DNA of 64,000 nt, taken from an uncultured Kofleriaceae bacterium. Its GTDB lineage: Bacteria; Myxococcota_A; Polyangia; Haliangiales; Haliangiaceae. Below are positions 1 through 9,166 of this stretch, in pieces; within the stretch, counting starts at the first letter, position 1; the number at the start of each line of letters is the position of its first letter. The position numbers and the translations under genes were made by a program. The notes beneath the pieces are model-generated. The model was not told the DNA's origin, did no database searches, and was given only the letters and a program-made list of their open reading frames with translations. The stretch is from positions 4,721 to 68,720 of the forward strand of contig CAYPIX010000005.1 of assembly GCA_964410875.1 (NCBI GenBank). Direction: 5' to 3'.

Positions 1-630
1 GATAAAATTCGCAGCCGGCGCCTAGCCAAAGCTGCGTTGTCTTCCAAGGCCGTGCAAACACTTCTCGCTACCGCGCCTTCGGCACGTGAAATGGGAATTC
101 TTTACCACCTACTTTCCGAGTTCCGAAAAGAGCGGAGAGGCGAGCCGGCATACGACCTCATCATCGTTGACATGCCTGCCACCGGGCACGCTTTGGGACT
201 GACAAGCCTTCCCAGCGTGCTGCTCAAACTTTTTGGCGACGGCCCTATTTACGACACTCTACGATCCGGCCAGGAGATTTTCTGTGACGCAACGTTAACC
301 CAAGCCATTGTGGTCAGTTTGCCTGAACCGTTAGCTGTTCAAGAAGCTCTCGAGCTGATTGCCGGATTAGATCGTGACAACGTTGCGGTCGGAGCCACTG
401 TGGTCAACCAAATGACGAGTGCACCGTTTTCACTGGCTGAAAAAACACTCCTTGAAGAGGCCACCTTAGGAAAGAACTATCTTGGTCGGCACACTCTTAG
501 TCGCTCTAGCCTGTCCAAGCAAGCCGTAGCCCGGCTACGCGCAAACACCTCCATACCGATGATCGAAGTTCCCCGTTTTGCGTTTGGTAACGTTGTAACA
601 GAGATTGCAAACAGTTTGGTCGCATCATGA
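1..630 (+). CDS. ArsA/GET3-family ATPase, 5'-truncated by the window edge
   Basis: Frame 1 is open from base 1, with no stop before the ORF-track start at 37. It carries the ArsA-type switch motif DMPATGHALGL. Its stop overlaps the next ArsA-like gene by 4 nt. Confidence 0.75.
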   Translation, partial: DKIRSRRLAKAALSSKAVQTLLATAPSAREMGILYHLLSEFRKERRGEPAYDLIIVDMPATGHALGLTSLPSVLLKLFGDGPIYDTLRSGQEIFCDATLTQAIVVSLPEPLAVQEALELIAGLDRDNVAVGATVVNQMTSAPFSLAEKTLLEEATLGKNYLGRHTLSRSSLSKQAVARLRANTSIPMIEVPRFAFGNVVTEIANSLVAS

Positions 631-1802
631 ACAGGCAACTTTTTGAAGCACTCATGCAAAAGCGCATTATCGTCTGCTGCGGCGCCGGCGGAGTGGGGAA
701 AACCACAGTATCGGCTAGTCTTGCCGTCGCCCTCGCACGACGCGGCAAGAAAGTCCTAATACTCACGATTGATCCGTCTCTTAGACTTGCGGAAGTTCTC
801 GGAGTCAACAACAGCCCCCCAGAACCCCTTCCCCTTCCCGACGACACCTTATTCGAACTAGGAATTGAGAAGCCTGGCATTCTCTATGCTTGGATGCTTG
901 ATTCAATGCGGGTTGCGGAATCCACAATTCGCGCGGTCATTGAGGACAAAGCGGAACTAAACCAGTTCCTCACCAACCCAATATATCGACAACTGAGCAC
1001 CATGACCGCAGGCATGCATGAATATGCGGCCATGAAAGCACTCCATACTTTCGTAGAAAGTGGAGAGTTCGACGTGGTGGTTGTAGACACCCCTCCTTCC
1101 CGCCACGCTCTCGATTTTCTCGACGCTCCAAAGCGCCTTCAGCGACTCTTCGATCTAAAAGTCATGAAATATTTGCGCCCAAGTACTAAGAGTAGATTGC
1201 GTAGGCTGTCGGCGAATGTGGCACTAGGAACAATCAGAGCCATCACGGGCAGCCGATTTGTTGATGACTTTGTCTTTTTCTTGACCCAATTTGAGCGTGT
1301 TTTCAATTCTCTCGAAGCAGGTGCATCATCGGTTAGGGCTCTGCTTTCCACAGACTCTGCCTCTTTTGTACTGGTAACATCCCCTCAAGAGACCTCCGTC
1401 AACGAGGCATTTCTTTTCCAGGATACCGCGAAGCGTCTACGGCTTCCGCTTGGTGGATTTGTGTTTAACAGGAGCTCGGCTTTCCTTAACCGTTGGAACT
1501 TTCCCCACGAGTCTTCGTTTTCCAAGGCTATACCAGCAAGAATAGTGGGTGCGTTCCAACAAATGGCCCGCGAAGAGCAACAGCTGGCAGCAAGAGATCT
1601 CGAAGTTCTTCGTCGGGTGCGTATGAGAGCTGGCGATGAAGCGTTCGTAATAGATCTTCCTCTTTTCGAAGCAGACCAAGCCGATCTACACCGCCTTTTT
1701 AGAGTCTCAGAATTACTTCTGAACGAGAGCGCCTCCCCCGGCCACGAGGTAGACATTCCTAAAAAGGGAGGCAACGATGCAAAACATCGAGTTCAAGCCT
1801 AA
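627..1802 (+). CDS. ArsA/GET3-family ATPase
   Basis: 391-aa ORF with deviant Walker A CCGAGGVGKTT, ILTIDPS, and DTPPSRHALDFL (ArsA DTAPTGH-type switch II). Confidence 0.85.
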   Translation: MNRQLFEALMQKRIIVCCGAGGVGKTTVSASLAVALARRGKKVLILTIDPSLRLAEVLGVNNSPPEPLPLPDDTLFELGIEKPGILYAWMLDSMRVAESTIRAVIEDKAELNQFLTNPIYRQLSTMTAGMHEYAAMKALHTFVESGEFDVVVVDTPPSRHALDFLDAPKRLQRLFDLKVMKYLRPSTKSRLRRLSANVALGTIRAITGSRFVDDFVFFLTQFERVFNSLEAGASSVRALLSTDSASFVLVTSPQETSVNEAFLFQDTAKRLRLPLGGFVFNRSSAFLNRWNFPHESSFSKAIPARIVGAFQQMAREEQQLAARDLEVLRRVRMRAGDEAFVIDLPLFEADQADLHRLFRVSELLLNESASPGHEVDIPKKGGNDAKHRVQA

Positions 1803-2634
1803 GCAAAAAACATCAACGTTTAGACGCTTTGCATTGGCCACTTGGAAGAGCCCCAATGACGCGACCATGTTTGGATCCCACGACGTCTGTGTCGAAAAAA
1901 CACTGGACTACATTGAAGCCTTCCGCCAACGAACCGGCAAGCATCTCACTTTCACCCATCTCGTTGCTCGAGGTATTGCGGCCGGCCTCCACAAATACCC
2001 AGAGACCAATGTACAGGTCAGGGCCGGAGCAATCCAACAACGTGCCAGTACCGGCGTTTCACTCATGGTGATGAAACCGAACGACAGAGGCACAACCGAC
2101 TTGTCTTACGCGACGCTCTTTGATCTCGAAAAGAAACCACTCGAGCAAATCGTTAGCGAAGCCGATCTAGAAGTCACCGCGGCGCGAACCAACCGAAGCG
2201 GCCGCGCGAATGCTCAAAACCGGTTCAGCAAGCTCCCTATCCCGGTTCTCCGTGCCTCTATCCGCTCTTTGATGTTCGTCACTCATACATTGAACATCGA
2301 CCTTTCGCGGTTTGGCGTTCCCAAAGACCTTTTTGGTTCTGTAATGGTTACCAATGTCGGTGCGTTTGGACTTCGTACCGCCTATGCGCCCTTGGTCGCG
2401 GAAACACGTATACCAATGGTGATCACAGTCGGCGACGTGCGAGAATCACCTTGGGTAGAAAACGGTAAAGTCGTCGTGAGAAAAGTCTTGCGGGTCAACG
2501 TCTCCATCGACCACCGAGTGATGGACGCAAGTCACGCCTCAAAACTTACTCACCTACTTGGCGAATGGTTGGAAGATCCAGCAAAAATGGAGGGTCAACC
2601 GCCCTACGTTGTCCGAGCAGCAAGCTCTAGCTAA
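1777..2634 (+). CDS. 2-oxoacid dehydrogenase E2-type acyltransferase, catalytic domain only
   Basis: 285-aa ORF with SD AAGGGAGG about 5 nt upstream of ATG 1777. FTHLVARGIAAGL and the catalytic motif SIDHRVMDA are typical of E2 catalytic domains. There is no lipoyl or subunit-binding domain. It overlaps the ArsA gene by 26 nt. Confidence 0.75.
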   Translation: MQNIEFKPKQKTSTFRRFALATWKSPNDATMFGSHDVCVEKTLDYIEAFRQRTGKHLTFTHLVARGIAAGLHKYPETNVQVRAGAIQQRASTGVSLMVMKPNDRGTTDLSYATLFDLEKKPLEQIVSEADLEVTAARTNRSGRANAQNRFSKLPIPVLRASIRSLMFVTHTLNIDLSRFGVPKDLFGSVMVTNVGAFGLRTAYAPLVAETRIPMVITVGDVRESPWVENGKVVVRKVLRVNVSIDHRVMDASHASKLTHLLGEWLEDPAKMEGQPPYVVRAASSS

Positions 2635-2646
2635 CAAAGGGCTGTT

Positions 2647-4227
2647 TTACTCTTTTTCGCGCGCGACAATGTCCTGAACAATCGCCTTGCGGTTGATTTT
2701 CCCACTGGATGTCTTGGGCAACTCGCTTAGGAAAAGGACCTCGTCGGGGACCATATAGTCTGGAATTATTTTCGCACAATGCTTTTTGACTTCCTCGTCG
2801 GTTAGCTTTGTGCCTTCTGTTAGGACAACCGCTGCCACGAGTTTATTTTCAAGCTGAGGGTCAGGTACCGCCACAGAAATAGACTCTTTTAGTTTGGCAC
2901 CCATAGCTGCCAACGCCAGGTCAATCTCGTTTAGCTCGATTCGATAACCGCGGCTTTTCACCAGGTCATCCATTCGACCTTGAAAGTGGAACGTGCCATC
3001 GCTGTCCTGACGTACTACGTCACCGGTGTGATAGACCAGTTCGCCCAAATGTGGAGCTAACGTGTAAGGTCGAAATGCAGCTTGCGTCTTTTCTGGGTTG
3101 TTAAAGTAACCCGCCGCAATGTGAGAGCCACGCAGCACCAACTCGCCAGACTCGCCAATGGCACTCTCGCCTCCGTCCTTTGAGACAACAAAGGCCTCGG
3201 TATTTTCAAATGGTATACCGATTGGGATGGGACTATCGGGGCGGAGAGTCGCTGGATCAACTCGGTGATACAAACAATAAATCGTAGCCTCAGTTGGCCC
3301 GTAGAGATTCCAGAGCTCAGCTTTAGGCAAATGCTCGTGGAGCTGCATCATCGTGGTCGGCTGACATAGCGCGGCACCACTTATGATTGTTTTTAGACTA
3401 CTAAGGTCATACCGACGAAAGACCGCGGGTCGCGAAGCGAACGCTCCTAGTAGAGTCGGGACCGCCGACATAAATGTGATTTTTTCTTTCTGGATTGCCG
3501 CTAAAACCGTATTGATCATTTTCTGATCGGCAACAACCGTTAAACACGCTCCGAAATGAAACGCGTTAAACATGTCGAGTCCCGCGATATCGAAGGTAAA
3601 CGGGGCGGTATTGATAATCCGGTCATCACTGTTGAGATCAAAAGCGCCTTCGCACCAATCCATAAACGTCATCAGATTGCGATGCGTAAGCATTACTCCC
3701 TTGGGTTTCCCGGTCGAACCAGAGGTATAAAGAATGTAAGCAAGGTCTTTGTCGGAAACTGATACCGAAACCCTCTTGTCGTTTCCTTGTTTGACCTTGC
3801 CCATCGCGGTCACGTCGAGACCACTTACATTGGTCTCATCTATACAAACCGCATGTTCTAAACCGGGTGGAACGCCGCCTTCCGTTAAAACCGAAAGCAC
3901 GGCTCCATCAGAAATCATCACGCGGATTTCACAATCCGCAATAATTTGCTCCATACGATGTTTTGGATAGCTTGCGTCGATTGGCACGTAGCAGGCGCCG
4001 GCTTTCATGATGCCAAAGAGCGAACAGACGTAGTCCGCGGATTTTTGCATAGCAATCGCAATTCGGTCACCTCGCGAAACCCCGACCGAACGCAGGTAGT
4101 TGGCAATCTGATTCGCTGTACGATCAAACTCTGCGTAGCTCCGACGATCCTCTCCACAAGTCAAAGCCGGAAGACTCCCCTGGTCAGCGGCTCGCCGCGC
4201 TATCGTCTCAAAGACGAACTCACTCAT
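2647..4227 (-). CDS. Stand-alone adenylation enzyme (ANL superfamily, DltA/NRPS A-domain-like)
   Basis: 526-aa ORF with core motifs LAYILYTSGSTGKPKGV, NLYGPTEAT, YHTGDV, GRMDDLVKSRGYRIEL and PKTSSGKINRK. No carrier or condensation domain is present. Confidence 0.85.
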   Translation of the reverse strand: MSEFVFETIARRAADQGSLPALTCGEDRRSYAEFDRTANQIANYLRSVGVSRGDRIAIAMQKSADYVCSLFGIMKAGACYVPIDASYPKHRMEQIIADCEIRVMISDGAVLSVLTEGGVPPGLEHAVCIDETNVSGLDVTAMGKVKQGNDKRVSVSVSDKDLAYILYTSGSTGKPKGVMLTHRNLMTFMDWCEGAFDLNSDDRIINTAPFTFDIAGLDMFNAFHFGACLTVVADQKMINTVLAAIQKEKITFMSAVPTLLGAFASRPAVFRRYDLSSLKTIISGAALCQPTTMMQLHEHLPKAELWNLYGPTEATIYCLYHRVDPATLRPDSPIPIGIPFENTEAFVVSKDGGESAIGESGELVLRGSHIAAGYFNNPEKTQAAFRPYTLAPHLGELVYHTGDVVRQDSDGTFHFQGRMDDLVKSRGYRIELNEIDLALAAMGAKLKESISVAVPDPQLENKLVAAVVLTEGTKLTDEEVKKHCAKIIPDYMVPDEVLFLSELPKTSSGKINRKAIVQDIVAREKE

Positions 4228-4694
4228 GCATTGGATTGTACACTTGCTTGAGCAAGGGATTGAATCCGCTTGACCATAGATTCGAGGCCATTGCGGCGCC
4301 CCACACTCAAATGTTCATCTAGTCCCAGCTGGGCAAAGACTTCGATTGCGTCTGTGGCGAGGATTTGCTTAGCAGATCGACCTGAATACATTTTTAATAA
4401 TACAGCGATTAACCCACGAACAATGTGAGCGTCGCTATCCGCCCTGAATGTAAGCCGGGACTCAGCATCGACCCCATCGCTCACCATCCAAACTTGGCTC
4501 ATGCAGCCAAGAACCTTATTTTTGTCCACCTTGTGCTCTTCTTCAAGAGGGGGTAGTGCTTTGGCCAAATCCAAAAGGTGACGATACTTATCAGTCCAAT
4601 CATCCAGAAACTCAAAGGTTTCGACAAGCTCGAGAATGTCGGGTGGGAGATCCTTCACTGCGTGGGCAGTGTCGCAAACTAACGGGAAACACAC
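4224..4694 (-). CDS. SufE/CsdE-family sulfur acceptor protein
   Basis: 156-aa ORF with a GTG start. It has the hallmark GCMSQVWM with the persulfide-acceptor Cys. Its stop overlaps the start of the adenylation gene by 4 nt. Confidence 0.75.
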   Translation of the reverse strand: MCFPLVCDTAHAVKDLPPDILELVETFEFLDDWTDKYRHLLDLAKALPPLEEEHKVDKNKVLGCMSQVWMVSDGVDAESRLTFRADSDAHIVRGLIAVLLKMYSGRSAKQILATDAIEVFAQLGLDEHLSVGRRNGLESMVKRIQSLAQASVQSNA

Positions 4695-4760
4695 GATCTA
4701 TTTCCATCGAGACGCTTTGAATATTGCAGAAAGGTAGGCAACCGCGCGACTCTCCCCGCC

Positions 4761-4985
4761 TTGCTCAATCTCGACGCCGTTCCCCTGGGCACCCAGGTCA
4801 CGATCTCACGAGTTTCTGGCGACCGTATGTTTAGACGCCGGCTTCTCGAAATGGGGTTATTGCCTGGCACGGTCGTCACTCCTACCAAGCGAGCACCTTT
4901 GGGTGATCCCATCGAAATAGAAGTCCGGGGTGGAAAGATCTCGATTCGACGACAAGAGGCCAACTCCATCGAGGTGACTCAGTGA
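4761..4985 (+). CDS. feoA: Ferrous iron transport protein A
   Basis: 74-aa ORF with a TTG start and an FeoA/SH3-like pattern (VTISRVSGD...RRLLEMGLLPGTVV...IEIEVRGGKISIR). It overlaps feoB by 4 nt. Confidence 0.85.
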   Translation: MLNLDAVPLGTQVTISRVSGDRMFRRRLLEMGLLPGTVVTPTKRAPLGDPIEIEVRGGKISIRRQEANSIEVTQ

Positions 4986-7111
4986 GCCAACCAACCCAGG
5001 TTGTACTTGTCGGAAACCCGAATACCGGCAAGACAACGCTTTTCAACAAACTCACTAAGAGTCGGGCAAAGGTTGGAAACTACCCTGGCGTGACCGTAGA
5101 GAAAATCACAGCCACGCTTTCCCTTCCCAGCCGAGGAGATGTGCAGCTCTTGGATATACCCGGGACCTACTCATTGGTTTCTCGGACCCAGGAGGAGCAA
5201 ATAGCGGTGCAATCGCTTCTTGGCTTGGATGACACGCCAGGCCCAGATGCTGCAATTGTATGTGTCGCGGCCTCGCAATGGCAGCGCGGTCTTTACTTGG
5301 CCCTTCAAGTTCAAGAGTTAGGCGTTCCAGTCGTCATTGCCCTCACCATGAGCGACGAAATTGAATCACTACCACCAAGCGCCGATCTTGCAGACGCTCT
5401 CGACTGCCCGGTGGTAACAATTTCCGCACGCACAAACCAAGGCATAGAAGAGCTTAAAAAAGCCGTTGACAGTTGTCTGTCCTCAGCCAAACCAAAACCT
5501 AAACTTCATTTCTCTCTTTCCGCGTCGCTGGATGCCGAAACAGACCGGATTGCCAAATCGTTCCCGGAGAACTGGCCGCAGAGCAAAGCCCTCTCTCTAT
5601 GGGCTCTTATGAGCATTGATGAAGATGATGAACTAGAAAACATACCGGCAAGTGTTCGGGAGGCCGTTCTCGCGACCGAGATCAAAGGGAACGAGATTGA
5701 CGACGAAATCGTTGCCGCGAGGTACCGGGTCCTCGACCAGGCGGCAACAAGCCTTCAACAGACCAAACTGCGCTCGAACTTTTCCGACAAACTTGACGCA
5801 ATTCTCCTAAACCGTGTTTTTGGTTTCGCAATTTTTCTCGCTGTCATGTTCGTGGTTTTTCAATCACTTTTTGCTTGGTCTGATCCAGCGATCGACCTAA
5901 TCGAACGATCTTTTTCCGGCCTCTCCGATCTTGTGCAAAGCACCCTACCCAAGGGGATACTCTCCGACTTTATCACTGACGGGATTATTGCCGGCGTGGG
6001 TTCCGTTGTCGTGTTCCTGCCGCAAATCTTGCTTTTGTTTTTATTCTTAGGCGTTCTCGAAGACAGCGGATATATGGCTCGGGTTGCCTATTTGATGGAC
6101 CGCATTATGCGAACCATGAACCTCCACGGACGCGCATTCGTGCCAATGCTTAGCGGTTTCGCATGCGCGATTCCAGCGATCCTAGCAACCCGAACACTCG
6201 AACGGCGCCGAGACAGACTTCTCACGATGATGGTAGTTCCCTTGATGACCTGCTCGGCAAGACTACCGGTTTACACTCTCGTCATAGCGTCGCTATTTCC
6301 CGCTGCTCATGTCTGGGGCATTTTCCCTGTCCAAGGGCTTCTTATGGTCGGAATGTACCTTTTTAGCGTAATTGTCGCCCTCGTGGCGGCTTGGGTTCTT
6401 TCAAAAACCATGAAACCCCTCAGGGCTAGACGGTTGCCCTTTGTTATCGAGCTTCCTCCATACCGAATGCCCCGACTTCTAGATGTACTGGCTATGATGT
6501 GGCGGCGAACTCGTTTTTTTCTGAAGGAAGCCGGGACAGTCATTCTTGTTTTTACAGTCATTCTTTGGGCGTTGCTGAGTTTCCCCAAAACCCTAGACAA
6601 TCCCACCCAGAACTACGACGTCGCTTTAGCTCAAGAAATGAGTTTAGAGGCTCGAACGACTCTAGAAAACCAACGCGACGGGGAGCTCTTACGGGAAAGT
6701 TACGGTGGGCGACTCGGCCAGGCTATCGAGCCCCTCATTGAGCCGCTCGGGTTTGACTGGAAAATCGGTGTCGGAATTATTGGCGCGTTTGCAGCTAGAG
6801 AGGTTTTCATCTCCACAATGGGAGTGGTGTACAGCTCTGGCGGAGATGTAGACGAAAACAGCGGGACCCTCCGACAGCAGATGCGGGCTGAGGTTCGCCG
6901 GGACGGCAGCCCGGTCTACACGCCATTAGTGGGTCTTTGCTTAATGATCTTTTTCGCCCTCGCCTGCCAATGCATGAGCACATTAGCGGTCGTACGCCGC
7001 GAGACTGGTGGATACCGGTGGCCAGTTTTCTTGTTTGCCTATATGACCGGACTTGCCTGGGTCGTCACCTTTTTGGTTTTCCAAATAGGCAAACTCTTGG
7101 GCTACGGTTGA
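4982..7111 (+). CDS. feoB: Ferrous iron transporter B (GTPase plus permease)
   Basis: 709-aa ORF with G1 GNPNTGKTTLFN and G3 DIPGTYSL, followed by a polytopic membrane domain. Confidence 0.95.
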   Translation: MSQPTQVVLVGNPNTGKTTLFNKLTKSRAKVGNYPGVTVEKITATLSLPSRGDVQLLDIPGTYSLVSRTQEEQIAVQSLLGLDDTPGPDAAIVCVAASQWQRGLYLALQVQELGVPVVIALTMSDEIESLPPSADLADALDCPVVTISARTNQGIEELKKAVDSCLSSAKPKPKLHFSLSASLDAETDRIAKSFPENWPQSKALSLWALMSIDEDDELENIPASVREAVLATEIKGNEIDDEIVAARYRVLDQAATSLQQTKLRSNFSDKLDAILLNRVFGFAIFLAVMFVVFQSLFAWSDPAIDLIERSFSGLSDLVQSTLPKGILSDFITDGIIAGVGSVVVFLPQILLLFLFLGVLEDSGYMARVAYLMDRIMRTMNLHGRAFVPMLSGFACAIPAILATRTLERRRDRLLTMMVVPLMTCSARLPVYTLVIASLFPAAHVWGIFPVQGLLMVGMYLFSVIVALVAAWVLSKTMKPLRARRLPFVIELPPYRMPRLLDVLAMMWRRTRFFLKEAGTVILVFTVILWALLSFPKTLDNPTQNYDVALAQEMSLEARTTLENQRDGELLRESYGGRLGQAIEPLIEPLGFDWKIGVGIIGAFAAREVFISTMGVVYSSGGDVDENSGTLRQQMRAEVRRDGSPVYTPLVGLCLMIFFALACQCMSTLAVVRRETGGYRWPVFLFAYMTGLAWVVTFLVFQIGKLLGYG

Positions 7112-7112
7112 A

Positions 7113-7562
7113 CTAGTCAGCTGGCAAAATTGGAGTGACTACCATCAACGTAGACATGCCTATGACTTCAGGTACGATGATTGTGTGATCGCTAGCATGG
7201 AGTCGTACGTATACGTCGTGTTCTCCGGGCAGTGAGTTCTCGGGCACAGTGATATCAAAAGCTCGTTCCGCTTTCATGGCAATCGGATTTTCGTCGAAGG
7301 AATCAAAGTATACGTGCACGTGTCCTCTGTTGGTTGACGCTTCCCCCAGGTTTTCTGGAGTGTGCCCAGCATGCTCGTGCTCGCCGGCAAGTTCAAAATG
7401 CGCTGCGTCGATTTCAACAGTTAGCGTATCGCCGGCCGCCGCGGTATTTGGCGTTATGGTAAAGCCCGCAATACTTGGATGAGGCGCCGCCCCTTCGCCG
7501 CAAGCGGAAAGAGAAAAAGCAGCCAAAACTAATAAGATTTTTTCGGTAGAACCACGGGCCAT
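7113..7562 (-). CDS. His-rich lipoprotein, unknown function
   Basis: 149-aa ORF with lipobox LSLSAC. It has His clusters GEHEHAGH, RGHVHVYFD and HASDH. It is convergent with feoB, with only 1 nt between the stops. Confidence 0.6.
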   Translation of the reverse strand: MARGSTEKILLVLAAFSLSACGEGAAPHPSIAGFTITPNTAAAGDTLTVEIDAAHFELAGEHEHAGHTPENLGEASTNRGHVHVYFDSFDENPIAMKAERAFDITVPENSLPGEHDVYVRLHASDHTIIVPEVIGMSTLMVVTPILPAD

Positions 7563-7711
7563 AGGAGAAAGCCTAGTCGAGTTTCAAACCTCGAAAAAGC
7601 CTTTTTAACTGGGAGGAAAAGAGGCAACTCTCCGTGCCGCCACTCGGTTTCGCTACACTTGCCTCTGCGCCCAGAGACCTAAGCCACTAAAAACATTGCC
7701 AAACAACCAGG

Positions 7712-9007
7712 GTGTGGAATTTGCTTATTAGTATAGGCGTGCGAGTAGCGAAACCAGTGATTCTAGGATGCACCCTGGCAACCCTTTTCTTTGTGGTTGG
7801 TGAAAACAAGGCGGCAGCCCAGGTGGAAGTTGCAGTCCTCAACACACTCCCTGTTGCCGACGTTGTCAATTCAGCGCAAGAGCTCGTGGCCCAGTTAAAC
7901 GACGATACTTTTTTTGACTTCAACGCAACAGCTGTTGACGCAGATCAAATTGACACCCTTGAGGAGCTCGCCGAATTTGACGTGGTTGTCTTTGGCAGTA
8001 ACGGCGAAATCGGCAGCCTTGATGATGTCAACCTCGTGGGCGCGATAGCGTTACGAGATTGGGTTCGTGCTGGCGGTGGCGTCGTGGCTGCGGGTTGGAT
8101 TGACTTCGAGATCGGTGACGCTTTTCCAAGCACGCCCCGTGATATCGCCCTCGACGACGTAATCCCCATTGACGCCTCTGCTTTTCCTAATTTCAATTGC
8201 GGACTCGGCACAACTCTTTCGGTGTCGCCAACTCACCCGGTCACTGATGGCATCACCGAGTTGCCTGGCGGCGCTAATTTTGTCGAGTGGAGCCCAATTG
8301 TTGATGACCCCCAAGCCACCAGCCTGGCCGTACTTTCGAATCCAAACTGTGACGTGCCCGATGCAGCGCACAGCATTGTCGTGGGCCCCAATGGTAACGG
8401 GCGCAATGTCTTCCTCGGCTTTCTTTACGCAGGTGATACCCAGCGTTACGACACAGAAGCTCTTCGCTTTGGCGACGCAGACCGCCTTCTCGAGCAAGCC
8501 GTATATTGGGCTGGAACATCCGGAATTTCCGATCTTGACCAAGATGGTGTTCTCGATGACGACGATAATTGTCCCGTTGATGCCAACCCTTCTCAAACCG
8601 ACAACGACAACGACGGGCTTGGCGATGCCTGTGATCCGCCAGACAACGACGGTGATGGTGTAATCGACAGAGATGATAACTGCCCAGAAGTTCCCAACCC
8701 CGATCAATTCGACGACGATCAAGATGGGGAAGGCAATGCTTGCGAGCCCGAAGATAACGATTTTGACGGTGTCCCTAACGAATTCGACAACTGTCCAGAT
8801 GACGAAAACACTGACCAGAACGATGAAGACCAAGATGGTGTTGGCGATGCCTGCCAATTGCCGGAAGAGAGCAACGGCGGCGACACCGCGCTCTCGGCGC
8901 CAGGCGGATGCTCTAGCGCACCGAGTTCACAGTTTTTGTTTCCTTTGTTTTTTCTCATTGGATTTGTTCTTAGGAAACGCCGCGGCGACTCAAACGGACC
9001 TCTCTAA
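7712..9007 (+). CDS. Exported protein with thrombospondin type-3 Ca-binding repeats and a MYXO-CTERM-like tail
   Basis: 431-aa ORF with an N-terminal hydrophobic signal. It has six DxDxDG-type motifs, including DQDGVLDDDDNCP, DNDGLGDACDP and DGDGVIDRDDNCP. The C-terminus is GGCSSAPSS-hydrophobic-RKRR. Confidence 0.8.
   Translation: MWNLLISIGVRVAKPVILGCTLATLFFVVGENKAAAQVEVAVLNTLPVADVVNSAQELVAQLNDDTFFDFNATAVDADQIDTLEELAEFDVVVFGSNGEIGSLDDVNLVGAIALRDWVRAGGGVVAAGWIDFEIGDAFPSTPRDIALDDVIPIDASAFPNFNCGLGTTLSVSPTHPVTDGITELPGGANFVEWSPIVDDPQATSLAVLSNPNCDVPDAAHSIVVGPNGNGRNVFLGFLYAGDTQRYDTEALRFGDADRLLEQAVYWAGTSGISDLDQDGVLDDDDNCPVDANPSQTDNDNDGLGDACDPPDNDGDGVIDRDDNCPEVPNPDQFDDDQDGEGNACEPEDNDFDGVPNEFDNCPDDENTDQNDEDQDGVGDACQLPEESNGGDTALSAPGGCSSAPSSQFLFPLFFLIGFVLRKRRGDSNGPL
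8531..8857 (+). repeat. Coding tandem repeat: three long-plus-short pairs of thrombospondin type-3 motifs
   Basis: The periodic Asp-rich unit D-x-D-x-D-G-x-x-D-x-x-D-N-C-P alternates with D-x-D-x-D-G-x-G-(D/N)-A-C-(D/E/Q) in the translated frame. Confidence 0.8.
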
Positions 9008-9166
9008 GTTGACATCTTTGAAAGAGGTTCTCGGAAGAATGAGTGCCACTTATCTTAAGAGCCGACACAAAGAAGTAGGAAATTCGACTTTTCCTGCCGT
9101 TTGACGAGTAGGTAGCAGCCATGTCATCTCGACACCGATCCCTATGTTTTCTTATGATTCCTCCTC

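Noticed and set aside
4695-4760. Fur box upstream of feoA
   Set aside because: I found no convincing match to the GATAATGATAATCATTATC-type palindrome in the 66-bp spacer, only a weak AT-rich TGAATATTGCA string.
8051-8857. 268-aa ORF on the minus strand inside the thrombospondin-repeat gene
   Set aside because: It lies entirely antisense to a gene with clear Ca-binding repeat motifs. Its low-complexity Val/Ile-rich translation mirrors the Asp-rich repeats, so it is a shadow ORF.
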